Source: the human T2T-CHM13v2.0 reference genome, Homo sapiens. From it: DNA of 64,000 bases. Each line of letters opens with the position of its first letter. The first letter of the stretch is position 1. Shown here one piece after another: positions 43,501 to 57,100 of this stretch. The notes under the pieces were generated by a model. It was not told the origin of the DNA. It saw only the letters and a list, made by a program, of their open reading frames with translations, and made no database searches. The DNA lies in the NCBI RefSeq assembly GCF_009914755.1, contig NC_060925.1. The stretch is one strand, 5' to 3'. A program made the translations under genes and the position numbers.

Positions 43501-45414
43501 ATTATTGAATGGAATTGAATGGAATCATCGAATGGTCTCGATTGGAATCATTATCAAATGGAATCGAATGGAATCACCGAATAGAATCGAATGGAACAAT
43601 CATCGAATGGACTCAAATGGAATTATCCTCCAATGGAATCGAATGGAATTATCGAATGCAATCGAATGGAATTATCGAATGCAATCGAATAGAATCATCG
43701 AATGGACTCGAATGGAATCATCGAATGGAATGGAATGGAACAGTCAATGAACTCGAATGGAATCATCATTGAATGGAATCGAATGGAATCATCGAGTGGA
43801 ATCGAATGGAATTATGATCAAATGGAATCGAATGTAATCATCATCAAATGGAATCAAAAATAACCATCATCAATTGGTATTGAATGGAATTGTCATCAAA
43901 TGGAATTCAAAGGAATCATCATCAAATGGAACCGAATGGAATCCTCATTGAATGGAAATGAAAGGGGTCATCATCTAATGGAATCACATGGAATCATCAT
44001 CAAATGGAATCGAATGGAATCATCATCAAATGGAATCTAATGGAATCATTGAACAGAATTGAATGGAATCGTCATCGAATGAATTGAATGCAATCATCGA
44101 ATGGTCTCGAATGGAATCATCTTCTAATGGAAAGGAATGGAATCATCGCATAGAATCGAATGGAATTATCATCGAATGGAATCGAATGGTATCAACACCA
44201 AACGGAAAAAAACGGAATTATCGAATGGAATCGAAGAGAATCTTCGAACGGACCCGAATGGAATCATCTAATGGAATGGAATGGAATAATCCATGGACTC
44301 GAATGCAATCATCATCGAATGGAATGGAATGGAATCATCGAATGGACTCGAATGGAATAATCATTGAACGGAATCGAATGGAATCATCATCGGATGGAAA
44401 CGAATGGAATCATCATCGAATGGAAATGAAAGGAGTCATCATCTAATGGAATTGCATGGAATCATCATCAAATGGAATCGAATGGAATCAACATCAAATG
44501 GAATCAAATGGAATCATTGAACGGAATTGAATGGAATCGTCATCGAATGAATTGACTGCAATCATCGAATGGTCTCGAATGGAATCATCTTCAAATGGAA
44601 TGGAATGGAATCATCGCATAGAATCGAATGGAATTATCATCGAATGGAATCGAATGGAATCAACATCAAACGGAAAAAAACGGAATTATCGAATGGAATC
44701 GAAGAGAATCATCGAATGGACCCGAATGGAATCATCTAATGGAATGGAATGGAATAATCCATGGACTCGAATGCAATCATCATCGAATGGAATCGAATGG
44801 AATCATCGAATGGACTCGAATGGAATAATCATTGAACGGAATCGAATGGAATCATCATCGGATGGAAATGAATGGAATCATCATCGAATGGAATCGAATA
44901 GAATTATGGAATGAAATCCAGTGTGATCATCATCGAATGGACCCGAATGGAATCATCATCCAACGGAAGCTAATGGAATCAACATCGAATGAATCGAATG
45001 GAAACACCATCGAATTGAAACGAATGGAATTATCATGAAATTGAAATGGATGGACTCATCATCGAATGGATTCGAATGGAATCATCGAATAAAATTGATT
45101 GAAATCATCATCCAATGGAATCGAATGGTATCATTGAATGGAATCGAATGGAATCATCATCAGATGGAAATGAATGGAATCGTCATAGAATGGAATCGAA
45201 TGGATTCATTGAATGGAATCAGATGGAATCATCGAATGGACTGGAATGGAATCATTGAATGGACTCGAAAGGGATCATGATTGAATGGAATTGAATGGAA
45301 TCATCGAATGGTCTCGATTGGAATCATTATCAAATGGAATCGAATGGAATCACCGAATAGAATCGAATGGAACAATCATCGAATGGACTCAAATGGAATT
45401 ATCCTCCAATGGAA

Positions 45415-45450
45415 TCGAATGGAATTATCGAATGCAATCGAATAGAATCA
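45415..45450 (+). other. 23-bp deletion of one monomer in unit U26
   Basis: Unit length is 1,753 (44531 to 46284), and only one GGAATTATCGAATGCAATCGAAT copy remains. Confidence 0.93.
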
Positions 45451-48400
45451 TCGAAAGGACTCGAATGCAATCATCGAATGGAATGGAATGGAACAGTCAA
45501 TGAACTCGAATGGAATCATCATTGAATGGAATCCAATGGAATCATCGAGTGGAATCGAATGGAATTATGATAAAATGGAATCGAATGTAATCATCATCAA
45601 ATGGAATCAAAAATAACCATCATCAATTGGTATTGAATGGAATTGTCATCAAATGGAATTCAAAGGAATCATCATCAAATGGAACCGAATGGAATCCTCA
45701 TTGAATGGAAATGAAAGGGGTCATCATCTAATGGAATCGCATGGAATCATCATCAAATGGAATCGAATGGAGTCATCATCAAATGGAATCTAATGGAATC
45801 ATTGAACAGAATTGAATGGAATCGTCATCGAATGAATTGAATGCAATCATCGAATGGTCTCGAATGGAATCATCTTCTAATGGAAAGGAATGGAATCATC
45901 GCATAGAATCGAATGGAATTATCATTGAATGGAATCGAATGGTATCAACACCAAACGGAAAAAAACGGAATTATCGAATGGAATCGAAGAGAATCTTCGA
46001 ACGGACCCGAATGGAATCATCTAATGGAATGGAATGGAATAATCCATGGACTCGAATGCAATCATCATCGAATGGAATGGAATGGAATCATCGAATGGAC
46101 TCGAATGGAATAATCATTGAACGGAATCGAATGGAATCATCATCGGATGGAAACGAATGGAATCATCATCGAATGGAAATGAAAGGAGTCATCATCTAAT
46201 GGAATTGCATGGAATCATCATAAAATGGAATCGAATGGAATCAACATCAAATGGAATCAAATGGAATCATTGAACGGAATTGAATGGAATCGTCATCGAA
46301 TGAATTGACTGCAATCATCGAATGGTCTCGAATGGAATCATCTTCAAATGGAATGGAATGGAATCATCGCATAGAATCGAATGGAATTATCATCGAATGG
46401 AATCGAATGGAATCAACATCAAACGGAAAAAAACGGAATTATCGAATGGAATCGAAGAGAATCATCGAATGGACCCGAATGGAATCATCTAATGGAATGG
46501 AATGGAATAATCCATGGACTCGAATCCAATCATCATCGAATGGAATCGAATGGAATCATCGAATGGACTCGAATGGAATAATCATTGAACGGAATCGAAT
46601 GGAATCATCATCGGATGGAAATGAATGGAATCATCATCGAATGGAATCGAATAGAATTATGGAATGAAATCCAGTGTGATCATCATCGAATGGACCCGAA
46701 TGGAATCATCATCCAACGGAAGCTAATGGAATCAACATCGAATGAATCGAATGGAAACACCATCGAATTGAAACGAATGGAATTATCATGAAATTGAAAT
46801 GGATGGACTCATCATCGAATGGATTCGAATGGAATCATCGAATAAAATTGATTGAAATCATCATCGAATGGAATCGAATGGTATCATTGAATGGAATCGA
46901 ATGGAATCATCATCAGATGGAAATGAATGGAATCGTCATAGAATGGAATCGAATGGATTCATTGAATGGAATCAGATGGAATCATCGAATGGACTGGAAT
47001 GGAATCATTGAAGGGACTCGAAAGGGATCATTATTGAATGGAATTGAATGGAATCATCGAATGGTCTCGATTGGAATCATTATCAAATGGAATCGAATGG
47101 AATCACCGAATAGAATCGAATGGAACAATCATCGAATGGACTCAAATGGAATTATCCTCCAATGGAATCGAATGGAATTATCGAATGCAATCGAATGGAA
47201 TTATCGAATGCAATCGAATAGAATCATCGAATGGACTCGAATGGAATCATCGAATGGTATGGAATGGAACAGTCAATGAACTCGAATGGAATCATCATTG
47301 AATGGAATCGAATGGAATCATCGAGTGGAATCGAATGGAATTATGATCAAATGGAATCGAATGTAATCCTCATCAAATGGAATCAAAAATAACCATCATC
47401 AATTGGTATTGAATGGAATTGTCATCAAATGGAATTCAAAGGAAACATCATCAAATGGAACCGAATGGAATCCTCATTGAATGGAAATGAAAGGGGTCAT
47501 CATCTAATGGAATCGCATGGAATCATCATCAAATGGAATCGAATGGAATCATCATCAAATGGAATCTAATGGAATCATTGAACAGAATTGAATGGAATCG
47601 TCATCGAATGAATTGAATGCAATCATCGAATGGTCTCGAATGGAATCATCTTCTAATGGAAAGGAATGGAATCATCGCATAGAATCGAATGGAATTATCA
47701 TCGAATGGAATCGAATGGTATCAACACCAAACGGAAAAAAACGGAATTATCGAATGGAATCGAAGAGAATCTTCGAACGGACCCGAATGGAATCATCTAA
47801 TGGAATGGAATGGAATAATCCATGGACTCGAATGCAATCATCATCGAATGGAATGGAATGGAATCATCGAATGGACTCGAATGGAATAATCATTGAACGG
47901 AATCGAATGGAATCATCATCGGATGGAAACGAATGGAATCATCATCGAATGGAAATGAAAGGAGTCATCATCTAATGGAATTGCATGGAATCATCATAAA
48001 ATGGAATCGAATGGAATCAACATCAAATGGAATCAAATGGAATCATTGAACGGAATTGAATGGAATCGTCATCGAATGAATTGACTGCAATCATCGAATG
48101 GTCTCGAATGGAATCATCTTCAAATGGAATGGAATGGAATCATCGCATAGAATCGAATGGAATTATCATCGAATGGAATCGAATGGAATCAACATCAAAC
48201 GGAAAAAAACAGAATTATCGAATGGAATCGAAGAGAATCATCGAATGGACCCGAATGGAATCATCTAATGGAATGGAATGGAATAATCCATGGACTCGAA
48301 TGCAATCATCATCGAATGGAATCGAATGGAATCATCGAATGGACTCGAATGGAATAATCATTGAACGGAATCGAATGGAATCATCATCGGATGGAAATGA

Positions 48401-51064
48401 ATGGAATCATCATCGAATGGAATCGAATAGAATTATGGAATGAAATCCAGTGTGATCATCATCGAATGGACCCGAATGGAATCATCATCCAACGGAAGCT
48501 AATGGAATCAACATCGAATGAATCGAATGGAAACACCATCGAATTGAAACGAATGGAATTATCATGAAATTGAAATGGATGGACTCATCATCGAATGGAT
48601 TCGAATGGAATCATCGAATAAAATTGATTGAAATCATCATCGAATGGAATCGAATGGTATCATTGAATGGAATCGAATGGAATCATCATCAGATGGAAAT
48701 GAATGGAATCGTCATAGAATGGAATCGAATGGATTCATTGAATGGAATCAGATGGAATCATCGAATGGACTGGAATGGAATCATTGAAGGGACTCGAAAG
48801 GGATCATTATTGAATGGAATTGAATGGAATCATCGAATGGTCTCGATTGGAATCATTATCAAATGGAATCGAATGGAATCACCGAATAGAATCGAATGGA
48901 ACAATCATCGAATGGACTCAAATGGAATTATCCTCCAATGGAATCGAATGGAATTATCGAATGCAATCGAATGGAATTATCGAATGCAATCGAATAGAAT
49001 CATCGAATGGACTCGAATGGAATCATCGAATGGTATGGAATGGAACAGTCAATGAACTCGAATGGAATCATCATTGAATGGAATCGAATGGAATCATCGA
49101 GTGGAATCGAATGGAATTATGATCAAATGGAATCGAATGTAATCCTCATCAAATGGAATCAAAAATAACCATCATCAATTGGTATTGAATGGAATTGTCA
49201 TCAAATGGAATTCAAAGGAAACATCATCAAATGGAACCGAATGGAATCCTCATTGAATGGAAATGAAAGGGGTCATCATCTAATGGAATCGCATGGAATC
49301 ATCATCAAATGGAATCGAATGGAATCATCATCAAATGGAATCTAATGGAATCATTGAACAGAATTGAATGGAATCGTCATCGAATGAATTGAATGCAATC
49401 ATCGAATGGTCTCGAATGGAATCATCTTCTAATGGAAAGGAATGGAATCATCGCATAGAATCGAATGGAATTATCATCGAATGGAATCGAATGGTATCAA
49501 CACCAAACGGAAAAAAACGGAATTATCGAATGGAATCGAAGAGAATCTTCGAACGGACCCGAATGGAATCATCTAATGGAATGGAATGGAATAATCCATG
49601 GACTCGAATGCAATCATCATCGAATGGAATGGAATGGAATCATCGAATGGACTCGAATGGAATAATCATTGAACGGAATCGAATGGAATCATCATCGGAT
49701 GGAAACGAATGGAATCATCATCGAATGGAAATGAAAGGAGTCATCATCTAATGGAATTGCATGGAATCATCATAAAATGGAATCGAATGGAATCAACATC
49801 AAATGGAATCAAATGGAATCATTGAACGGAATTGAATGGAATCGTCATCGAATGAATTGACTGCAATCATCGAATGGTCTCGAATGGAATCATCTTCAAA
49901 TGGAATGGAATGGAATCATCGCATAGAATCGAATGGAATTATCATCGAATGGAATCGAATGGAATCAACATCAAACGGAAAAAAACAGAATTATCGTATG
50001 GAATCGAAGAGAATCATCGAATGGACCCGAATGGAATCATCTAATGGAATGGAATGGAATAATCCATGGACTCGAATGCAATCATCATCGAATGGAATCG
50101 AATGGAATCATCGAATGGACTCGAATGGAATAATCATTGAACGGAATCGAATGGAATCATCATCGGATGGAAATGAATGGAGTCATCATCGAATGGAATC
50201 GAATAGAATTATGGAATGAAATCCAGTGTGATCATCATCGAATGGACCCGAATGGAATCATCATCCAACGGAAGCTAATGGAATCAACATCGAATGAATC
50301 GAATGGAAACACCATCGAATTGAAACGAATGGAATTATCATGAAATTGAAATGGATGGACTCATCATCGAATGGATTCGAATCGAATCATCGAATAAAAT
50401 TGATTGAAATCATCATCCAATGGAATCGAATGGTATCATTGAATGGAATCGAATGGAATCATCATCAGATGGAAATGAATGGAATCGTCATAGAATGGAA
50501 TCGAATGGATTCATTGAATGGAATCAGATGGAATCATCGAATGGACTGGAATGGAATCATTGAATGGACTCGAAAGGGATCATGATTGAATGGAATTGAA
50601 TGGAATCATCGAATGGTCTCGATTGGAATCTTTATCAAATGGAATCGAATGGAATCACCGAATAGAATCGAATGGAACAATCATCGAATGGACTCAAATG
50701 GAATTATCCTCAAATGGAATCGAATGGAATTATCGAATGCAATCGAATGGAATTATCGAATGCAATCGAATGGAATCATCGAAAGGACTCGAATGGAATC
50801 ATCGAATGGAATGGAATGGAACAGTCAATGAACTCGAATGGAATCATCATTGAATGGAATCCAATGGAATCATCGAGTGGAATCGAATGGAATTATGATC
50901 AAATGGAATCGAATGTAATCATCATCAAATGGAATCAAAAATAACCATCATCAATTGGTATTGAATGGAATTGTCATCAAATGGAATTCAAAGGAATCAT
51001 CATCAAATGGAACCGAATGGAATCCTCATTGAATGGAAATGAAAGGGGTCATCATCTAACGGAA

Positions 51065-51100
51065 TCGCATGGAATCATCATCAAATGGAATCTAATGGAA
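51065..51100 (+). other. 26-bp deletion of one monomer in unit U29
   Basis: Unit length is 1,750 (49836 to 51586). The sequence GCATGGAATCATCATCAAATGGAATCTAATGG lacks the second ATGGAATCATCATCAAATGGAATC-containing monomer. Confidence 0.93.
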
Positions 51101-54100
51101 TCATTGAACAGAATCGAATGGAATCGTCATCGAATGAATTGAATGCAATCATCGAATGGTCTCGAATGGAATCATCTTCTAATGGAAAGGAATGGAATCA
51201 TCGCATAGAATCGAATGGAATTATCATCGAATGGAATCGAATGGTATCAACACCAAACGGAAAAAAACGGAATTATCGAATGGAATCGAAGAGAATCTTC
51301 GAACGGACCCGAATGGAATCATCTAATGGAATGGAATGGAATAATCCATGGACTCGAATGCAATCATCATCGAATGGAATGGAATGGAATCATCGAATGG
51401 ACTCGAATGGAATAATCATTGAACGGAATCGAATGGAATCATCATCGGATGGAAACGAATGGAATCATCATCGAATGGAAATGAAAGGAGTCATCATCTA
51501 ATGGAATTGCATGGAATCATCATAAAATGGAATCGAATGGAATCAACATCAAATGGAATCAAATGGAATCATTGAACGGAATTGAATGGAATCGTCATCG
51601 AATGAATTGACTGCAATCATCGAATGGTCTCGAATGGAATCATCTTCAAATGGAATGGAATGGAATCATCGCATAGAATCGAATGGAATTATCATCGAAT
51701 GGAATCGAATGGAATCAACATCAAACGGAAAAAAACGGAATTATCGAATGGAATCGAAGAGAATCATCGAATGGACCCGAATGGAATCATCTAATGGAAT
51801 GGAATGGAATAATCCATGGACTCGAATGCAATCATCATCGAATGGAATCGAATGGAATCATCGAATGGACTCGAATGGAATAATCATTGAACGGAATCGA
51901 ATGGAATCATCATCGGATGGAAATGAATGGAATCATCATCGAATGGAATCGAATAGAATTATGGAATGAAATCCAGTGTGATCATCATCGAATGGACCCG
52001 AATGGAATCATCATCCAACGGAAGCTAATGGAATCAACATCGAATGAATCGAATGGAAACACCATCGAATTGAAACGAATGGAATTATCATGAAATTGAA
52101 ATGGATGGACTCATCATCGAATGGATTCGAATGGAATCATCGAATAAAATTGATTGAAATCATCATCGAATGGAATCGAATGGTATCATTGAATGGAATC
52201 GAATGGAATCATCATCAGATGGAAATGAATGGAATCGTCATAGAATGGAATCGAATGGATTCATTGAATGGAATCAGATGGAATCATCGAATGGACTGGA
52301 ATGGAATCATTGAATGGACTCGAAAGGGATCATGATTGAATGGAATTGAATGGAATCATCGAATGGTCTCGATTGGAATCATTATCAAATGGAATGGAAT
52401 GGAATCACCGAATAGAATCGAATGGAACAATCATCGAATGGACTCAAATGGAATTATCCTCCAATGGAATCGAATGGAATTATCGAATGCAATCGAATGG
52501 AATTATCGAATGCAATCGAATAGAATCATCGAATGGACTCGAATGGAATCATCGAATGGAATGGAATGGAACAGTCAATGAACTCGAATGGAATCATCAT
52601 TGAATGGAATCGAATGGAATCATCGAGTGGAATCGAATGGAATTATGATCAAATGGAATCGAATGTAATCCTCATCAAATGGAATCAAAAATAACCATCA
52701 TCAATTGGTATTGAATGGAATTGTCATCAAATGGAATTCAAAGGAATCATCATCAAATGGAACCGAATGGAATCCTCATTGAATGGAAATGAAAGGGGTC
52801 ATCATCTAATGGAATCGCATGGAATCATCATCAAATGGAATCGAATGGAATCATCATCAAATGGAATCTAATGGAATCATTGAACAGAATTGAATGGAAT
52901 CGTCATCGAATGAATTGAATGCAATCATCGAATGGTCTCGAATGGAATCATCTTCTAATGGAAAGGAATGGAATCATCGCATAGAATCGAATGGAATTAT
53001 CATCGAATGGAATCGAATGTTATCAACACCAAACGGAAAAAAACGGAATTATCGAATGGAATCGAAGAGAATCTTCGAACGGACCCGAATGGAATCATCT
53101 AATGGAATGGAATGGAATAATCCATGGACTCGAATGCAATCATCATCGAATGGAATGGAATGGAATCATCGAATGGACTCGAATGGAATAATCATTGAAC
53201 GGAATCGAATGGAATCATCATCGGATGGAAACGAATGGAATCATCATCGAATGGAAATGAAAGGAGTCATCATCTAATGGAATTGCATGGAATCATCATA
53301 AAATGGAATCGAATGGAATCAACATCAAATGGAATCAAATGGAATCATTGAACGGAATTGAATGGAATCGTCATCGAATGAATTGACTGCAATCATCGAA
53401 TGGTCTCGAATGGAATCATCTTCAAATGGAATGGAATGGAATCATCGCATAGAATCGAATGGAATTATCATCGAATGGAATCGAATGGAATCAACATCAA
53501 ACGGAAAAAAACGGAATTATCGAATGGAATCGAAGAGAATCATCGAATGGACCCGAATGGAATCATCTAATGGAATGGAATGGAATAATCCATGGACTCG
53601 AATGCAATCATCATCGAATGGAATCGAATGGAATCATCGAATGGACTCGAATGGAATAATCATTGAACGGAATCGAATGGAATCATCATCGGATGGAAAT
53701 GAATGGAATCATCATCGAATGGAATCGAATAGAATTATGGAATGAAATCCAGTGTGATCATCATCGAATGGACCCGAATGGAATCATCATCCAACGGAAG
53801 CTAATGGAATCAACATCGAATGAATCGAATGGAAACACCATCGAATTGAAACGAATGGAATTATCATGAAATTGAAATGGATGGACTCATCATCGAATGG
53901 ATTCGAATGGAATCATCGAATAAAATTGATTGAAATCATCATCGAATGGAATCGAATGGTATCATTGAATGGAATCGAATGGAATCATCATCAGATGGGA
54001 ATGAATGGAATCGTCATAGAATGGAATCGAATGGATTCATTGAATGGAATCAGATGGAATCATCGAATGGACTGGAATGGAATCATTGAATGGACTCGAA

Positions 54101-57100
54101 AGGGATCATTATTGAATGGAATTGAATGGAATCATCGAATGGTCTCGATTGGAATCATTATCAAATGGAATCGAATGGAATCACCGAATAGAATCGAATG
54201 GAACAATCATCGAATGGACTCAAATGGAATTATCCTCCAATGGAATCGAATGGAATTATCGAATGCAATCGAATGGAATTATCGAATGCAATCGAATAGA
54301 ATCATCGAATGGACTCGAATGGAATCATCGAATGGAATGGAATGGAACAGTCAATGAACTCGAATGGAATCATCATTGAATGGAATCGAATGGAATCATC
54401 GAGTGGAATCGAATGGAATTATGATCAAATGGAATCGAATGTAATCCTCATCAAATGGAATCAAAAATAACCATCATCAATTGGTATTGAATGGAATTGT
54501 CATCAAATGGAATTCAAAGGAATCATCATCAAATGGAACCGAATGGAATCCTCATTGAATGGAAATGAAAGGGGTCATCATCTAATGGAATCGCATGGAA
54601 TCATCATCAAATGGAATCGAATGGAATCATCATCAAATGGAATCTAATGGAATCATTGAACAGAATTGAATGGAATCGTCATCGAATGAATTGAATGCAA
54701 TCATCGAATGGTCTCGAATGGAATCATCTTCTAATGGAAAGGAATGGAATCATCGCATAGAATCGAATGGAATTATCATCGAATGGAATCGAATGGTATC
54801 AACACCAAACGGAAAAAAACGGAATTATCGAATGGAATCGAAGAGAATCTTCGAACGGACCCGAATGGAATCATCTAATGGAATGGAATGGAATAATCCA
54901 TGGACTCGAATGCAATCATCATCGAATGGAATGGAATGGAATCATCGAATGGACTCGAATGGAATAATCATTGAACGGAATCGAATGGAATCATCATCGG
55001 ATGGAAACGAATGGAATCATCATCGAATGGAAATGAAAGGAGTCATCATCTAATGGAATTGCATGGAATCATCATAAAATGGAATCGAATGGAATCAACA
55101 TCAAATGGAATCAAATGGAATCATTGAACGGAATTGAATGGAATCGTCATCGAATGAATTGACTGCAATCATCGAATGGTCTCGAATGGAATCATCTTCA
55201 AATGGAATGGAATGGAATCATCGCATAGAATCGAATGGAATTATCATCGAATGGAATCGAATGGAATCAACATCAAACGGAAAAAAACGGAATTATCGAA
55301 TGGAATCGAAGAGAATCATCGAATGGACCCGAATGGAATCATCTAATGGAATGGAATGGAATAATCCATGGACTCGAATGCAATCATCATCGAATGGAAT
55401 CGAATGGAATCATCGAATGGACTCGAATGGAATAATCATTGAACGGAATCGAATGGAATCATCATCGGATGGAAATGAATGGAATCATCATCGAATGGAA
55501 TCGAATAGAATTATGGAATGAAATCCAGTGTGATCATCATCGAATGGACCTGAATGGAATCATCATCCAACGGAAGCTAATGGAATCAACATCCAATGAA
55601 TCGAATGGAAACACCATCGAATTGAAACGAATGGAATTATCATGAAATTGAAATGGATGGACTCATCATCGAATGGATTCGAATGGAATCATCGAATAAA
55701 ATTGATTGAAATCATCATCGAATGGAATCGAATGGTATCATTGAATGGAATCGAATGGAATCATCATCAGATGGGAATGAATGGAATCGTCATAGAATGG
55801 AATCGAATGGATTCATTGAATGGAATCAGATGGAATCATCGAATGGACTGGAATGGAATCATTGAATGGACTCGAAAGGGATCATTATTGAATGGAATTG
55901 AATGGAATCATCGAATGGTCTCGATTGGAATCATTATCAAATGGAATCGAATGGAATCACCGAATAGAATCGAATGGAACAATCATCGAATGGACTCAAA
56001 TGGAATTATCCTCCAATGGAATCGAATGGAATTATCGAATGCAATCGAATGGAATTATCGAATGCAATCGAATAGAATCATCGAATGGACTCGAATGGAA
56101 TCATCGAATGGAATGGAATGGAACAGTCAATGAACTCGAATGGAATCATCATTGAATGGAATCGAATGGAATCATCGAGTGGAATCGAATGGAATTATGA
56201 TCAAATGGAATCGAATGTAATCCTCATCAAATGGAATCAAAAATAACCATCATCAATTGGTATTGAATGGAATTGTCATCAAATGGAATTCAAAGGAATC
56301 ATCATCAAATGGAACCGAATGGAATCCTCATTGAATGGAAATGAAAGGGGTCATCATCTAATGGAATCGCATGGAATCATCATCAAATGGAATCGAATGG
56401 AATCATCATCAAATGGAATCTAATGGAATCATTGAACAGAATTGAATGGAATCGTCATCGAATGAATTGAATGCAATCATCGAATGGTCTCGAATGGAAT
56501 CATCTTCTAATGGAAAGGAATGGAATCATCGCATAGAATCGAATGGAATTATCATCGAATGGAATCGAATGGTATCAACACCAAACGGAAAAAAACGGAA
56601 TTATCGAATGGAATCGAAGAGAATCTTCGAACGGACCCGAATGGAATCATCTAATGGAATGGAATGGAATAATCCATGGACTCGAATGCAATCATCATCG
56701 AATGGAATGGAATGGAATCATCGAATGGACTCGAATGGAATAATCATTGAACGGAATCGAATGGAATCATCATCGGATGGAAACGAATGGAATCATCATC
56801 GAATGGAAATGAAAGGAGTCATCATCTAATGGAATTGCATGGAATCATCATCAAATGGAATCGAATGGAATCAACATCAAATGGAATCAAATGGAATCAT
56901 TGAACGGAATTGAATGGAATCGTCATCGAATGAATTGACTGCAATCATCGAATGGTCTCGAATGGAATCATCTTCAAATGGAATGGAATGGAATCATCGC
57001 ATAGAATCGAATGGAATTATCATCGAATGGAATCGAATGGAATCAACATCAAACGGAAAAAAACGGAATTATCGTATGGAATCGAAGAGAATCATCGAAT

